NCBI GenBank assembly: GCA_025453605.1 | Contig: JALOPZ010000002.1 | Span: 388,631 to 452,630, forward strand | Length of the DNA stretch: 64,000 nucleotides | From: Candidatus Margulisiibacteriota bacterium | GTDB taxonomy: Bacteria; Margulisbacteria; WOR-1; O2-12-FULL-45-9; XYB2-FULL-48-7 | Reading direction: 5' to 3' | Shown here: piece by piece, positions 1 to 10,098 of the stretch | How the letters are laid out: each line of letters begins with the position of its first letter | Position numbering within the stretch: position 1 is the stretch's first letter | Translations under genes and position numbers: made by a program | Notes under the pieces: model-generated | Databases searched by the model: none | Told to the model about the DNA's origin: nothing | Seen by the model: only the letters and a program-made list of their open reading frames with translations

Positions 1-1588
1 TCTCAGGCTCCGGCTTTTCTGCGACCAGGACTTCGGTGGTCAGGAGCATCGCTGCGATCGACGCGGCGTTCTGCAGGGCTGACCGGGTGACCTTGAGCGG
101 GTCAACGATCCCGGCTTTGAACATGTCGCCGTAATCGAATTTCTGGGCATCAAAACCGATCCCCGTCTTCTCTTTCTTGAGCCGTTCGACCACGACCGAC
201 CCTTCCATTCCGGCGTTGGTCGCGATCTGCTTGAGCGGCTCTTCGAGCGAGCGCAGGACGATCCCGACGCCGACCTTTTCATCACCCGAGGTACCGGTAA
301 AGAGCTTTTCCATCGCCGGCAGGATGTGAATGAAGGCCGAACCGCCGCCGGAGATGATCCCCTCTTCGACCGCCGCGCGGGTGGCCGACAGAGCGTCTTC
401 GATCCGGTGCTTCTTTTCTTTGAGCTCGGTCTCGGTGGCCGCGCCGGCTTTGATGACCGCGACGCCGCCCGACAGCTTGGCTAAGCGCTCCTGCAGCTTT
501 TCCTTATCATAGGAAGAGTCGGAGAGCTCCACCTCTTTCTTGATCTGGGCGATCCGGTCCTTGACCGACTTGGCCGCGCCGGCGCCTTCGATGATCGTGG
601 TGTCCTCTTTGCGGACGACGATCTTCTTGGCCTTGCCGAACCAGCTTTCGTCGATGTTCTCCAGCGACAGGCCCTTCTCCTCAGAGACGACCTCGCCGCC
701 GGTCAGGATCGCGATATCCTCGAGCATCGCCTTGCGCCGGTCGCCGAAACCGGGGGCCTTGACGGCCACGGCGTTAAGCGTGCCGCGCAGTTTGTTGACG
801 ACCAGGGTCGCCAGCGCCTCGCCCTCGATCTCGTCGGCGATAATGAGGAGCGGCTTGCTCGCCTGGACCGTCTTCTCGAGCGACGGGAGCAGGTCCTTGA
901 CCGCGCTGATCTTTTTGTCGGTGATCAGCATGAAGCAGTCTTCCAGGACACATTCCATCCGCTCACGGTCGGTGACCATGTACGGCGACGCGTAGCCCTT
1001 GTCGAACTGCATCCCTTCGACGACCTCGAGGGTCGTCTCGATCCCCTTCGATTCCTCAACGGTGATAACGCCGTCCTTGCCGACCTTCTCCATGGCGTCG
1101 GCGATCAGGTTGCCGATCTCGGCGTCGTTATTGGCGGAGATCGACGCGACCTGAGCGATCGCTTCCTTGGTCTCCACCGGCCGGCTCTGCTTCTTGAGCT
1201 CGGCGATCGCGCCGTCGACCCCGAACTGGATCCCGCGCTTGAGCGCCATCGGGTTAACGCCGGACACGACGTTCTTGAGCCCTTCCCGGAAAATGATCTG
1301 GCCGAGCACGGTCGCCGTGGTCGTCCCGTCGCCGGCGATGTCATTGGTCTTGCTGGCGACCTCTTTCAGGAGCTGGGCCCCCATGTTCTCGTACGGATCT
1401 TCCAGATCGATCTCCTTGGCGATGGTCACGCCGTCGTTGGTGATCGTCGGCGACCCCCACTTCTTCTCCAGCACGACATTACGACCGCGCGGGCCTAAAG
1501 TGATCTTAACCGCGTTGGCGACTTTGGATACGCCCTTTTCGAGCTTGCGCCACGCTTCATCTCCGAACATCATCTCTTTTGCTGCCAT
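1..1588 (-). CDS. groL: Chaperonin GroEL (3' end runs off the window)
   Basis: Manual translation from ATG at 1588 gives MAAKEMMFG..., [34 protein letters not shown] and GMQFDKGY; AGGAGGTGA RBS; follows groES. Not in the ORF track because no stop lies inside the window. Confidence 0.98.
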   Translation of the reverse strand, partial: MAAKEMMFGDEAWRKLEKGVSKVANAVKITLGPRGRNVVLEKKWGSPTITNDGVTIAKEIDLEDPYENMGAQLLKEVASKTNDIAGDGTTTATVLGQIIFREGLKNVVSGVNPMALKRGIQFGVDGAIAELKKQSRPVETKEAIAQVASISANNDAEIGNLIADAMEKVGKDGVITVEESKGIETTLEVVEGMQFDKGYASPYMVTDRERMECVLEDCFMLITDKKISAVKDLLPSLEKTVQASKPLLIIADEIEGEALATLVVNKLRGTLNAVAVKAPGFGDRRKAMLEDIAILTGGEVVSEEKGLSLENIDESWFGKAKKIVVRKEDTTIIEGAGAAKSVKDRIAQIKKEVELSDSSYDKEKLQERLAKLSGGVAVIKAGAATETELKEKKHRIEDALSATRAAVEEGIISGGGSAFIHILPAMEKLFTGTSGDEKVGVGIVLRSLEEPLKQIATNAGMEGSVVVERLKKEKTGIGFDAQKFDYGDMFKAGIVDPLKVTRSALQNAASIAAMLLTTEVLVAEKPEPE

Positions 1589-1601
1589 TTTGGGTCACCT
1601 C

Positions 1602-1898
1602 CTATCCTTTAATTGCTAAAATATCCCGCTCGGCCAGGATTATGTATTCGTCACCCTCGATCTTGACCTCGGTCCCGCCGTACTTGCTGTAGATCACCTT
1701 ATCGCCGATCTTCACTTCCGGCAGTACTTTCTGGCCGTTGTCCAGGACCCGACCGCTGCCGACCGCGACGACCGTCCCTTCCGACGGTTTCTCCTTGGCG
1801 GCGTCCGGCAGGACGATCCCCGACTTGGTCTTGGTCTCTTCCGGCTCCGGCTTGATGACGATCCGATCGCCGATCGGTGTCAGTTTTTTACTTACCAT
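1602..1898 (-). CDS. groS: Co-chaperonin GroES
   Basis: [12 protein letters not shown]...[15 protein letters not shown]...[10 protein letters not shown]; start moved to ATG 1898 behind an AGGAGGTGA RBS. Confidence 0.98.
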   Translation of the reverse strand: MVSKKLTPIGDRIVIKPEPEETKTKSGIVLPDAAKEKPSEGTVVAVGSGRVLDNGQKVLPEVKIGDKVIYSKYGGTEVKIEGDEYIILAERDILAIKG

Positions 1899-1924
1899 GT
1901 AGAATTCACCTCCTCGTTTTCTTA

Positions 1925-1951
1925 TTAGCACTCACTCTATGCGAGTGCTAA
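1925..1951. promoter_or_regulatory. CIRCE element (HrcA operator)
   Basis: Perfect TTAGCACTC-N9-GAGTGCTAA directly upstream of groES. Confidence 0.98.
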
Positions 1952-1952
1952 C

Positions 1953-1982
1953 ATGGTAACACGCCGCTCAAATTCTTGTCAA
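1953..1982 (-). promoter_or_regulatory. Housekeeping sigma promoter for groESL
   Basis: Minus strand TTGACA-18 nt-TACCAT with extended TGn, immediately upstream of the CIRCE. Confidence 0.75.
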
Positions 1983-2014
1983 GAGGCAACCGGGATATGC
2001 TATAATCTCCCATC

Positions 2015-2887
2015 ATGATCATCGGCATCGATCTGGGCGGGACCAAGATCGCGGCGGCGCTGGCCGCGCCGACCGGCAAGATCATCACCGACGTCAATAT
2101 TCCGACCGAGGCGGCCAAGGGCCAGGCTCAGGTGATCGATAACCTGAAAAAAGCGACCGACGCGCTGATCCGCGGCCAGAAAACCAAGGTCAGCTGTATC
2201 GGCATCGGCGTCCCCGGCCCGATCGACTACGAGACCGGCATTGTGATCGAGCCCCCCAATCTCCCCGGCTGGAAAAAGGTCAACCTGAAAAAGATCCTGG
2301 AAAAAGAGTTCAAGGTCCCGGTCCACGTCGATAATGACGCGAACTGCGCTGCCCTGGGCGAGGCTTATTTCGGCGCCGGCCGGCAAGTCCGGCATTTTAT
2401 CTATATCACCATCTCGACCGGGATCGGCGGCGGGATCATTATCGACCGCAAGCTCTACCGGGGGGCGATCGGCGCCGCCGGCGAGTTTGGCCACATGATC
2501 ATCGATCCGGCCGGCCCGCTCTGCGGCTGCGGCAACCACGGCTGTTTTGAGGCGCTCGCTTCGGGGACGGCGATCAAACGGCGCTCCGGCATGGACGCCA
2601 TTGCCGTGGAGCTGGCAGCGCGGCAGGGCGACGCCACCGCGCTGAAAGTGATCAACGAGACCGCCCATTACCTGGCGCTCGGCATCGCCAATCTGGTCAA
2701 CATTTTTAATCCGGAAATGGTCATCCTGGGGGGCGGCGTCTCCAAGATGCGAGAACTGCTGCTTAACCCGATCCGCGTCGAGTTCAAGAAGTACGCCCTC
2801 ACCCTCCCGGCCAAGCATGTCAAGATCGTCCGCGCCAAGCTCGGTTCCGAATCGGGCGTCCTCGGAGCGGTCGCGCTATGTCTCTAG
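2015..2887 (+). CDS. ROK family sugar kinase (glucokinase-like)
   Basis: IGIDLGGTK, NDANCAALGE, STGIGGG and GEFGH...CGCGNHGCFE motifs; TGcTATAAT ends 8 nt before the ATG. Confidence 0.93.
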   Translation: MIIGIDLGGTKIAAALAAPTGKIITDVNIPTEAAKGQAQVIDNLKKATDALIRGQKTKVSCIGIGVPGPIDYETGIVIEPPNLPGWKKVNLKKILEKEFKVPVHVDNDANCAALGEAYFGAGRQVRHFIYITISTGIGGGIIIDRKLYRGAIGAAGEFGHMIIDPAGPLCGCGNHGCFEALASGTAIKRRSGMDAIAVELAARQGDATALKVINETAHYLALGIANLVNIFNPEMVILGGGVSKMRELLLNPIRVEFKKYALTLPAKHVKIVRAKLGSESGVLGAVALCL

Positions 2888-3501
2888 TTATTGTCGATTA
2901 CGGCGCCGGCAATCTGCGGAGCGTGCAGAAGGCCTTCCAGCAGGTCGGCCTCGCCGCCGAGATCACCCGGGATAAAGCGACGATCCGCGGCGCCAAAGGG
3001 ATCGTCCTCCCCGGGGTCGGCTCGTTTGACGCGGCGATCGGCGAACTCCGCGGTTTTGGACTGGAAGCGGTGATCGAAGAGGCGATCGCGCTCGGCAAAC
3101 CGTTCCTCGGCATCTGCCTCGGCATGCAGCACCTCTTTGAAGCCTCGGCAGAAGGAAAACAAAAAGGGCTGGCCCTCCTCCGCGGCCAGGTCAAGAAGTT
3201 CAACTTCAGCGGCACCCCCTGGTCAGGTCAGAGCATCCCCCACATGGGCTGGAACCGCCTGCTGTTCAAGCGCAAGGCGCCGATCTTTGAGGGGATCGAT
3301 GAAGGAACGATGATGTACTTTGCTCACTCCTACTACGCCGACCCGACCGACGAGCAGATTGTCGCCGCCCGGACCGACTACGGGCCGGAGTTTGTCTCCA
3401 GCGTCTGGAAAGATAATATTTTCGGGCTGCAGTTCCACCCGGAAAAGAGCGGCGAACAAGGGTTGCACATTTTGCGGAATTTTGGTAGGTTATGCTCATG
3501 A
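2878..3501 (+). CDS. hisH: Imidazole glycerol phosphate synthase, glutaminase subunit
   Basis: DYGAGNLRSV, LPGVG, GICLGMQ, PHMGWN, QFHPEKSG. Confidence 0.97.
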   Translation: MSLVIVDYGAGNLRSVQKAFQQVGLAAEITRDKATIRGAKGIVLPGVGSFDAAIGELRGFGLEAVIEEAIALGKPFLGICLGMQHLFEASAEGKQKGLALLRGQVKKFNFSGTPWSGQSIPHMGWNRLLFKRKAPIFEGIDEGTMMYFAHSYYADPTDEQIVAARTDYGPEFVSSVWKDNIFGLQFHPEKSGEQGLHILRNFGRLCS

Positions 3502-4208
3502 GCTTTGAAGTAATTCCCGCGATCGATATCCTCGGCGGCAAGGTCGTCCGGCTTAAACAGGGCCGCTACGACGCCGCCGTCGTCTACTCCGACAACCCGG
3601 TCGAGTTCGCCCAGAAATGGGCCGCCGCCGGGGCGAAAAGGATCCACGTGGTTGACCTGGACGGTGCCCGCTCCGGCACACCGGAGAACGTTGAGGTCAT
3701 CAAGAACATCATCAAGGAGATCAGTATCCCGGTCCAGGTCGGCGGGGGGATCCGCTACCACGCCGTGATCGCCGATCTGATCAAGTTCGGCGTCGATCGC
3801 GTTATCCTCGGCACGACCGCGATCAAGAATCCCAACCTCCTGACCAACGTCTGCGAAAAATACGGCGAAAAGATCGCGGTGGCGATCGACGCCAAGGGCG
3901 AGGTCGCCGCCGGCGAAGGGTGGATGTATGTCACCAAGAAGAACATCTTCACCTTTGCCAAAGAGGCCACCACCCTCGGGGTCAAACGCTTCATCTACAC
4001 CGACATCAGCCGCGACGGAATGCTGGAGGGGCCCAATTTTGCCGGGATCGAGAAGTTCGCCGCCGAGATCAAGGTGCCGGTGATCGCCTCGGGCGGTGTT
4101 ACCACTAAAGAGGACATTGAGCGGCTGAAAACGATCGGCGTGGAAGGCTGCATCGTCGGCAAAGCGCTCTACGACGGAAAAGTTAGGCTGGAAGAGCTGG
4201 TCGCCTGA
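3498..4208 (+). CDS. hisA: ProFAR isomerase
   Basis: IPAIDILGGKVVRLKQG, HVVDLDGA, QVGGGIR, TDISRDGMLEGPN, IASGGV. Confidence 0.97.
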   Translation: MSFEVIPAIDILGGKVVRLKQGRYDAAVVYSDNPVEFAQKWAAAGAKRIHVVDLDGARSGTPENVEVIKNIIKEISIPVQVGGGIRYHAVIADLIKFGVDRVILGTTAIKNPNLLTNVCEKYGEKIAVAIDAKGEVAAGEGWMYVTKKNIFTFAKEATTLGVKRFIYTDISRDGMLEGPNFAGIEKFAAEIKVPVIASGGVTTKEDIERLKTIGVEGCIVGKALYDGKVRLEELVA

Positions 4209-5255
4209 TCAGCGCAGCGCCGCCAGGATCGCCCGAGCCCGGTGCCGGTAAGTATGTTCCGCCAGGGTCCGTTTTTGGGCCGCAGCCATGACCGCCTGAC
4301 GGGCCGCCTCATCACGCAGATAATACTCGATCTTTTCCTTCATCTCCGCGACTGAACCGACGACGATCACTTCGCGGCCCGGTTCATAAAGTTTTCCCAG
4401 GTCGGGCCGACTGGCGTCAACCAGCTGAAAAGCGCCGAGTCCGGCCAGGAAAAAGGTCCGGTCGTTGGGCGACTGCGCCGTTACCTTCCCCTCGTTCTGG
4501 TCGATCGGCTGGCCATAGCTGTCGCGGTGGAGGTTGAGATTGATCCGGGCGCCGCGCATGTAGCGGCTCGCCTCCGGCCAGGGGGTGAACTGTTCGGTCA
4601 CAAATTCCTTTAGTTGGTCGTAATGACGCAGGTTCTGCGCCCACGACTCGGACAGGACATGCGAACCGATCAGCCTGACCCGGTAGCGGCTCAAGAAATC
4701 GGCCGCTTCGTCAAGCCAGCGGACGCGGGTGGAAGCGCGGAACGGCGTGCCGATAAAACAGATGTCGCTCCGGTATTGCGCGGTGATCTCCCCACCATCG
4801 AACTGAGGCAAATAAGCCAGGGGAAGATAGGTCGCCGCCGGGCAACCGCCGGCGCGGTGCAGGTCAAGCGTCGACGAATCGACCGAAAAGAGCCGATCGC
4901 AATGGCGGGAGACCTTGAGCGAGGCGTCAACGCAGTAAGGCTCGTCCAGCTCCCAGTCGGCGATCCGGACCCCACCCGCCCGCAAGCGAACGAATACCTC
5001 GGCCGGCAAAAACCGGCCGTTGAGCGCCAGCAGCCACGTGTCAGCGGCCCCTTTGAGCTGGTCGCAGAGGACCGTGGCGACCCGGGCCTTAGCTTGCGCC
5101 TGGTCAAGCCCCAGTTGGGCCTTGACCTGTTCAGCAAGGGCAACATACTCCACAACCTCGGGCTCGACCCCTTCCGCCTGAAAAGCGGCCGTGATCTGCC
5201 GGCTGATCGACCCGATCAGCGTGGAAGAGTCAAAATTAACGAAGATCAATCTCAT
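4209..5255 (-). CDS. CgeB/DUF3880-like glycosyltransferase
   Basis: W-x-x-DEPY, DICFIG, INLNLH, NDRTF, GREVI and terminal HTYRHRA, typical of CgeB-family GT-B proteins. Confidence 0.8.
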   Translation of the reverse strand: MRLIFVNFDSSTLIGSISRQITAAFQAEGVEPEVVEYVALAEQVKAQLGLDQAQAKARVATVLCDQLKGAADTWLLALNGRFLPAEVFVRLRAGGVRIADWELDEPYCVDASLKVSRHCDRLFSVDSSTLDLHRAGGCPAATYLPLAYLPQFDGGEITAQYRSDICFIGTPFRASTRVRWLDEAADFLSRYRVRLIGSHVLSESWAQNLRHYDQLKEFVTEQFTPWPEASRYMRGARINLNLHRDSYGQPIDQNEGKVTAQSPNDRTFFLAGLGAFQLVDASRPDLGKLYEPGREVIVVGSVAEMKEKIEYYLRDEAARQAVMAAAQKRTLAEHTYRHRARAILAALR

Positions 5256-6685
5256 GACCGTAAATTCTGCCTCATGGTCAGTTCCAGTTGTTTGAGCATG
5301 GTCCGCAGGTCGCGCTTCAGGCCGCCGTAAGCTTTTAGCTGCTCCCGGTAATCGCCTTTCAATGCCTGATCGAACTTAACCTGCGAGACCGACGGATCGA
5401 CGTAATAGTTGCGCAGCTGCGAGCGCCGGTAATACTTTTTGGCCCCCTCTTTGTTGCCGGCTTCAAAATTGACCATTGCCATCAACATATCCCGGTCAAG
5501 GGCACTAGTATTGATCACGTTCCGGAAGGTCGGCACAAAGACCCGGACAGCCGGGATGCCGAGCCGGGGGTGGGTCTTGTCGATCAGAAAAACGTCGTGA
5601 CCTTCGCCCCGCAGGAGCGCCAGTAATTCCAGGACCTCGTCCCGAAAATCATCCCGGCTTAAATTCCGGAGCGCCTCCATTTTAACCGGCGCGGCCGGCA
5701 CGCTGAGCATCTCGTCATTGAGCAGGGCGAGGAAACCGTAATTCTGGCGCGGCATTTTGGCAAGCATGGCCGGCCAGTTGAAATGGAGCTCCTGCTCGAT
5801 ATTGGTCATCAGCGAATAGCCTTCAAAATATTCGGCCAGAGCGCGGATCAGCGCTTTGTCCGGATCGGTGTGGGCGCCGTAGCCGCAGCCGCGGAACGAG
5901 AGTTTGTTCTGGCGCTGCCCCGCCTGCCCGTAAACACAGAAAGTCGGCACCCCCAGCTCGAACGAGATATCCTTGACCGCGATCCTGACCCCGACCGCGG
6001 CGGCGCTGGCCAGCGTGCGAACGACCAGCGGGTGCTTGACCGATCGGAGATCGAGTTCCCGCGGCGTCTTTTTAGCCGCAAAGAATCGGAAGACGTTTTC
6101 CCGCTCGATCACCTCGCACAGGGCCTGCACGATCGCTTCTTCCAGGGCGTTGCCGGCCGCCAACCCGTTGGAAGTTTGCGTGTAATTGTGCCAGTTGAGC
6201 GGATAATAATACGGCCGGTAATCGTTGAGCGAAACGGCCTTGAGCCACTTAAGCGGAATATCCTTGACCTGCGCCAGTAATTCTTCCCTATTATCCCAGT
6301 CGGGAAAACAACGGAAAAAATAAGTTTCGTCGGGGACCGGGAAACTCCATTTTTTCATCTCGCTCCACGACTTGACCATGTAACCGGGGGCATGCTCGTA
6401 ATCAAAATGGAGCCAGGAGTAGCGTTCGGCAAATTCCATCACCGCGCTCGCCTCGGATTGGTCGGGCGTCAGTCCTTTGCCGTTGGTCGTCAACTGGTCG
6501 CTAACGCTGGCAAAAGAGAAGGCCCCATCGACGTCGATCGGCCGCTCCTCCAGCTTTAGATGAGAGAGATCGGGCTGCTTTTGCAGTTTGGCCAGCGTCG
6601 CCTTGACCGTTTCGGCCGGCGCCGCGGCCTTGTCCTGGTCTTCCCAGGAGTGTTTCAGACAGCTTGCGAGTCGAAACTCAGCCAC
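5252..6685 (-). CDS. YcaO-family ATP-dependent amide-activating enzyme
   Basis: GKGLTPDQSEASAVMEFAERY, SNGLAAGNALEEAIVQALCEVIER, GYGAHTDP..ALIRALAE, PAVRVFVP; probable GTG start at 6685 after an AAAGGA RBS. Confidence 0.92.
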   Translation of the reverse strand: MAEFRLASCLKHSWEDQDKAAAPAETVKATLAKLQKQPDLSHLKLEERPIDVDGAFSFASVSDQLTTNGKGLTPDQSEASAVMEFAERYSWLHFDYEHAPGYMVKSWSEMKKWSFPVPDETYFFRCFPDWDNREELLAQVKDIPLKWLKAVSLNDYRPYYYPLNWHNYTQTSNGLAAGNALEEAIVQALCEVIERENVFRFFAAKKTPRELDLRSVKHPLVVRTLASAAAVGVRIAVKDISFELGVPTFCVYGQAGQRQNKLSFRGCGYGAHTDPDKALIRALAEYFEGYSLMTNIEQELHFNWPAMLAKMPRQNYGFLALLNDEMLSVPAAPVKMEALRNLSRDDFRDEVLELLALLRGEGHDVFLIDKTHPRLGIPAVRVFVPTFRNVINTSALDRDMLMAMVNFEAGNKEGAKKYYRRSQLRNYYVDPSVSQVKFDQALKGDYREQLKAYGGLKRDLRTMLKQLELTMRQNLRS

Positions 6686-7112
6686 GTTTTTTTCCTTTCG
6701 CTGATCGCAATAAGAGAAATTCAGCGCCGCTCCCCTCGTCCACAAAGCCGACCAGGAACGCCGGCGCCTGGCGGTATTCTATCATCCCGGCGGCGATCTG
6801 TACCGCTTCATTTAACCGGCCGATCACCGTCACGACCGGACCGCGCAACCCGAGCGCGATCGAGACCATGCCGGCCGCCAGATTAAGGACCGTGTGGGGA
6901 AAACGGAGGGCGGAGGCGTGCGCCGGCCCGTGCTTTTTCAGGTCGCGTAGGAACTCTTTGGTACTGCTCCGCGGCCCGGTCAAGGTCGCCACCACCACGC
7001 CGGTGCCGGACGGAATGTTTTTTCGCCCGGCCGCCACCAGGGCCGCGTCAACCGCCAGCCGCGCAAACCGGTCCATTTTCCGGTATTTATTTTTTAAAAG
7101 CGAGGACCGCAT
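6678..7112 (-). CDS. Short non-catalytic ketosynthase-like (chain-length-factor-like) protein
   Basis: RKMDRFARLAV and SALRFPHTVLNLAAGMVSIALGLRGP match the KS N-terminal domain; no catalytic Cys; ATG 7112 with a GGAGG RBS. Confidence 0.75.
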   Translation of the reverse strand: MRSSLLKNKYRKMDRFARLAVDAALVAAGRKNIPSGTGVVVATLTGPRSSTKEFLRDLKKHGPAHASALRFPHTVLNLAAGMVSIALGLRGPVVTVIGRLNEAVQIAAGMIEYRQAPAFLVGFVDEGSGAEFLLLRSAKGKKRG

Positions 7113-8175
7113 TGCTCCCTCCAAACCCGAAATTGGCGGACAGGACAGCCCGCAGAGGGCGGGACCGGGCCTGGTTCGGTACATAATCGAGGTCGCACTC
7201 CGGATCGCGCTTTTTGTAATTGATCGTCGGCGGAATGAACGAGTAACGGATCGCCAGGACAGAGGCGAGCGCCTCCACCGCTCCCGCCGCGCCCATCAGA
7301 TGGCCGATCATCGATTTGCTCGAACTGACCGGCAGCTTGGTCGCCCGCACGCCGAAAACCCGCTTAAGCGCCCGGGTCTCCATCGCGTCGTTCTGCGGCG
7401 TCCCGGTCCCGTGGGCGTTGTAATAATCGATCTCACTCCGATCAAGGCGGGCGGCGGTCAGCGCCGCTTTGATCGCCCGGGCGGCGCCCCGGCCGCTCGG
7501 ATCGGGGGCAGTTTCGTGATAAGCGTCACCGGTCAGGCCGTAGCCGGCAAACTCTGCCCAAATGTCAGCGCCGCGGCGGAGCGCCCGCTCCCGCTCTTCC
7601 AGGATGAGAAAAGCCGCTCCTTCACCGATGACCAGCCCTTGCCGGGCCGCGTCGAACGGCCGGCAACAGAGCGGGTCAAGCGAGCGGAGAGCGTGGAATC
7701 CGGAGAAAGTTAAAAGCTCGAACGCTTCAGCCCCGCCGGCCAGGACAACATCGTGTTTGCCTTGCCGGACCAGGTCAGCGCCGCAAGCGAGCGCGGTCGC
7801 ACCGGCCGCGCAGGCGTTGCTGACGGTGATCCGCCGGCCGGAAAAACCGAGCTGCCGCGCCAGGACCTGAGCGGAGCAGCCGCCGCCGCTGACGGTCCCG
7901 ACCGAGATCCCCCACGGTCCGGCGCCGATCCCCGCCTGTTCACTCGCCTCCCGGGCCGCCAGTAAAGCCAACTGGGCAACGCGCTCGACTCCCGGCAACA
8001 ACCCGGTTAACCCGCGAACCTCACCGCCGATCCGGGCGCGCATCTCCCTGGTAGAGAAAGAGGTAATTCTGGTAATGCCGGAGCGGCCGTGCGCCAGAGC
8101 GCGGTGGAACGAACGGAGGCCGACTCCGTTGGGGGCGACAACGCCGAGGCCGGTGATAACGACCCGGCGCTTCAC
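7087..8175 (-). CDS. Beta-ketoacyl-ACP synthase (FabF-like, type II)
   Basis: RRVVITGLGVV, SNACAAG (Cys), NAHGTGT (His), KSMIGHLMGAAG (His), NFGFGGSN. Confidence 0.93.
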   Translation of the reverse strand: MKRRVVITGLGVVAPNGVGLRSFHRALAHGRSGITRITSFSTREMRARIGGEVRGLTGLLPGVERVAQLALLAAREASEQAGIGAGPWGISVGTVSGGGCSAQVLARQLGFSGRRITVSNACAAGATALACGADLVRQGKHDVVLAGGAEAFELLTFSGFHALRSLDPLCCRPFDAARQGLVIGEGAAFLILEERERALRRGADIWAEFAGYGLTGDAYHETAPDPSGRGAARAIKAALTAARLDRSEIDYYNAHGTGTPQNDAMETRALKRVFGVRATKLPVSSSKSMIGHLMGAAGAVEALASVLAIRYSFIPPTINYKKRDPECDLDYVPNQARSRPLRAVLSANFGFGGSNAVLAFKK

Positions 8176-8432
8176 TTTTTGCCGGTCAGTTTTTCGACGA
8201 ACTCAGCCAGGGTGCCGACCGTTTTGAAGACCTGATCCGGCTTTTTTAGATTGCGGTTGTTGATCTTGACCTTGAACTCGCGCTCGATCGCCACGATGAT
8301 CTCGAGCGAATCGACCGAATCAAGACCGAGCCCTTTCCGGAAGAGCGGCTCGCTGTCTGGGATCCTGGCTGGATCACGGTCCAGGTTCAACTGCTCGACC
8401 AGCATTTTTTTCAAGCGTTCTTTTACCGTCAT
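8172..8432 (-). CDS. Acyl carrier protein
   Basis: 86 aa with the LGLDSVDSLEI phosphopantetheine site. Confidence 0.93.
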   Translation of the reverse strand: MTVKERLKKMLVEQLNLDRDPARIPDSEPLFRKGLGLDSVDSLEIIVAIEREFKVKINNRNLKKPDQVFKTVGTLAEFVEKLTGKK

Positions 8433-8450
8433 TAAAGCACCTCCGTGAGA

Positions 8451-9182
8451 TCAGGCGGTCAAACCGCCGTCAACGACCATGGTCTGGCCCTGGACATAGG
8501 ACGAATCGGCCGAAGCGAGAAAAACAACCGCGCGGGCGACCTCGGCCGGCTTTCCGGCCTTACCCAGCGGGATCATTTTCAGATATTTACTTTTCAATGA
8601 GTCGGTCAGTTCCGATTCGATCAGTCCGGGCGCGACCGAGTTGACCCGAATGTTATAACGCGAAACTTCTTGCACCAGCGAGCGGGTCAACCCCGCGATC
8701 CCCGCTTTGGCCGCCGCGTAGTTCGCCTGGCCCTCCACGCCGCGGAGCGCGGAGACAGAGGAGACGTTGACGATCGCGCCGCTCTTGCGGGCGATCATCG
8801 GCTTAAGGACCGCCTGGCAGCAGTTAAAGATCCCTTTCAAATTGACGTTCAAGACCTCATCCCATTCCGCTTCAGACATCAGCATTAAGAGTTTGTCGCG
8901 GACAATGCCGGCATTATTGACCAGAATGTCGATCCGGCCGAAGCGGCGGAGGACCTCGGCCACTGCTTTTTCGACCGCAGCCGACTTTTCAACTTGAATG
9001 GCTAACGGAAAGGCGCGTCCACCGGCTGCCTTGATCTGCTTGACTGTTCGGAGCGCGGCCGCTTTATTGCGCCCGTAACCAACAACTACCAACGCCCCTC
9101 CCCTGGCCAATTCAAGGGCGATGGCCCCACCCAGTGCGCCGGAACCGCCAGTCACCACTGCCACCTGATTTTCCAGCTTCAT
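8451..9182 (-). CDS. fabG: 3-oxoacyl-ACP reductase (FabG-like SDR)
   Basis: VTGGSGALG, DILVNNAGI, NYAAAKAG (YxxxK), NSVAPG. Confidence 0.9.
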   Translation of the reverse strand: MKLENQVAVVTGGSGALGGAIALELARGGALVVVGYGRNKAAALRTVKQIKAAGGRAFPLAIQVEKSAAVEKAVAEVLRRFGRIDILVNNAGIVRDKLLMLMSEAEWDEVLNVNLKGIFNCCQAVLKPMIARKSGAIVNVSSVSALRGVEGQANYAAAKAGIAGLTRSLVQEVSRYNIRVNSVAPGLIESELTDSLKSKYLKMIPLGKAGKPAEVARAVVFLASADSSYVQGQTMVVDGGLTA

Positions 9183-9264
9183 TTTATTAGATAATAACGC
9201 AAAATGTTTGACTAAGCAATAACGTTGTGTTAGTTTATCGACCGAAGCCGTTAAGGAGGATATT

Positions 9265-9774
9265 ATGCTGCATTATTTCGGTAAATTCTGGACCAGGGTC
9301 CTGTTATGGTTGACCAGAATAACAGTTAAGATTGAGGGGGAGAAGAATATTCCGGCCGGGCCGGTCATCTACATTCAGGACCCGGCCGAAGCGCGTGACG
9401 GGATGGCAACACTCGCCTATCTCCCCGGTAAAGCGCACTTTATCTTTTCCTGCCGCCGCTTGGTCATCCCGCTCTTTGGTTTTCTGACGCTGGACCCAGC
9501 GAACCTGACCGTAATGCACGACGACGCGCTGGCGATCATCGGTAAACTGGAGAAGAAAGAAAGCGTCATTTTCTTTACTGACAAAGGAGAGATCAAGGGG
9601 GGAGTAACACTGATCGCACTGGAGACCAAACTGCCGGTCGTGCCGGTCAAAGTAAAACGTCAGGGGAAAGTAGTGACGATCAAGATCGGCAAACCGCTCC
9701 GCGCGGGGAACGCCGCCGACGACCACCGGCACCGGCAGGCGCTGAAAGCCGACCTGGAGAAGGCGCTGGCTTAA
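9265..9774 (+). CDS. Degenerate PlsC-like acyltransferase-fold protein
   Basis: VKIEGEKNIPAGPVIYI...GVTLIALETKLPVVPV...IKIGKP follows the PlsC layout, but HX4D reads QDPAEARD; AAGGAGGA RBS. Confidence 0.65.
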   Translation: MLHYFGKFWTRVLLWLTRITVKIEGEKNIPAGPVIYIQDPAEARDGMATLAYLPGKAHFIFSCRRLVIPLFGFLTLDPANLTVMHDDALAIIGKLEKKESVIFFTDKGEIKGGVTLIALETKLPVVPVKVKRQGKVVTIKIGKPLRAGNAADDHRHRQALKADLEKALA

Positions 9775-10085
9775 CTCGCGCCGAGGCCGCCAAGCTGGTC
9801 TTTGGCCTGCTCGATCGCGGCCAGGACCTTGTTCGCTCTGGCCTGTAAGGTGGGCGGGATCTGGCGAAGTTGTTTTTCCAGTTGGCCCAGCCGCTGCATC
9901 GTCTGTTCGCGCAGCTTGGTCTCGGCGATCTTATTCCCCTGCGAGACTTCCTCGTTGGTCTTCTGGTTGTAGTCCCGGATGATCCGCGAAACCTCCGCTC
10001 CCACGTTATCGATCTGCAGCGCCATCGCCTGGGCAGAATTGGCCAGCGAACCGAAACCGTAACTACCGTTTATATTCATGTTCAT
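9771..10085 (-). CDS. Hypothetical helical protein, last gene of the sigma-28-like cluster
   Basis: 104 aa; strong AGGAGGAG RBS; Gln/Ala-rich helical sequence; co-oriented with the cluster. Confidence 0.8.
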   Translation of the reverse strand: MNMNINGSYGFGSLANSAQAMALQIDNVGAEVSRIIRDYNQKTNEEVSQGNKIAETKLREQTMQRLGQLEKQLRQIPPTLQARANKVLAAIEQAKDQLGGLGAS

Positions 10086-10098
10086 CCTTCTCCTCCTT

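Noticed and set aside
4209-9182. Classical azole or thioamide RiPP cluster
   Set aside because: No precursor peptide, TfuA, E1-like partner, dehydrogenase or transporter visible.
9230-9265. Extra sigma-28-like site (GTCGATAA on the minus strand)
   Set aside because: Imperfect -10 and no matching -35 at the fixed spacing; fabG has its own TATTAT box.
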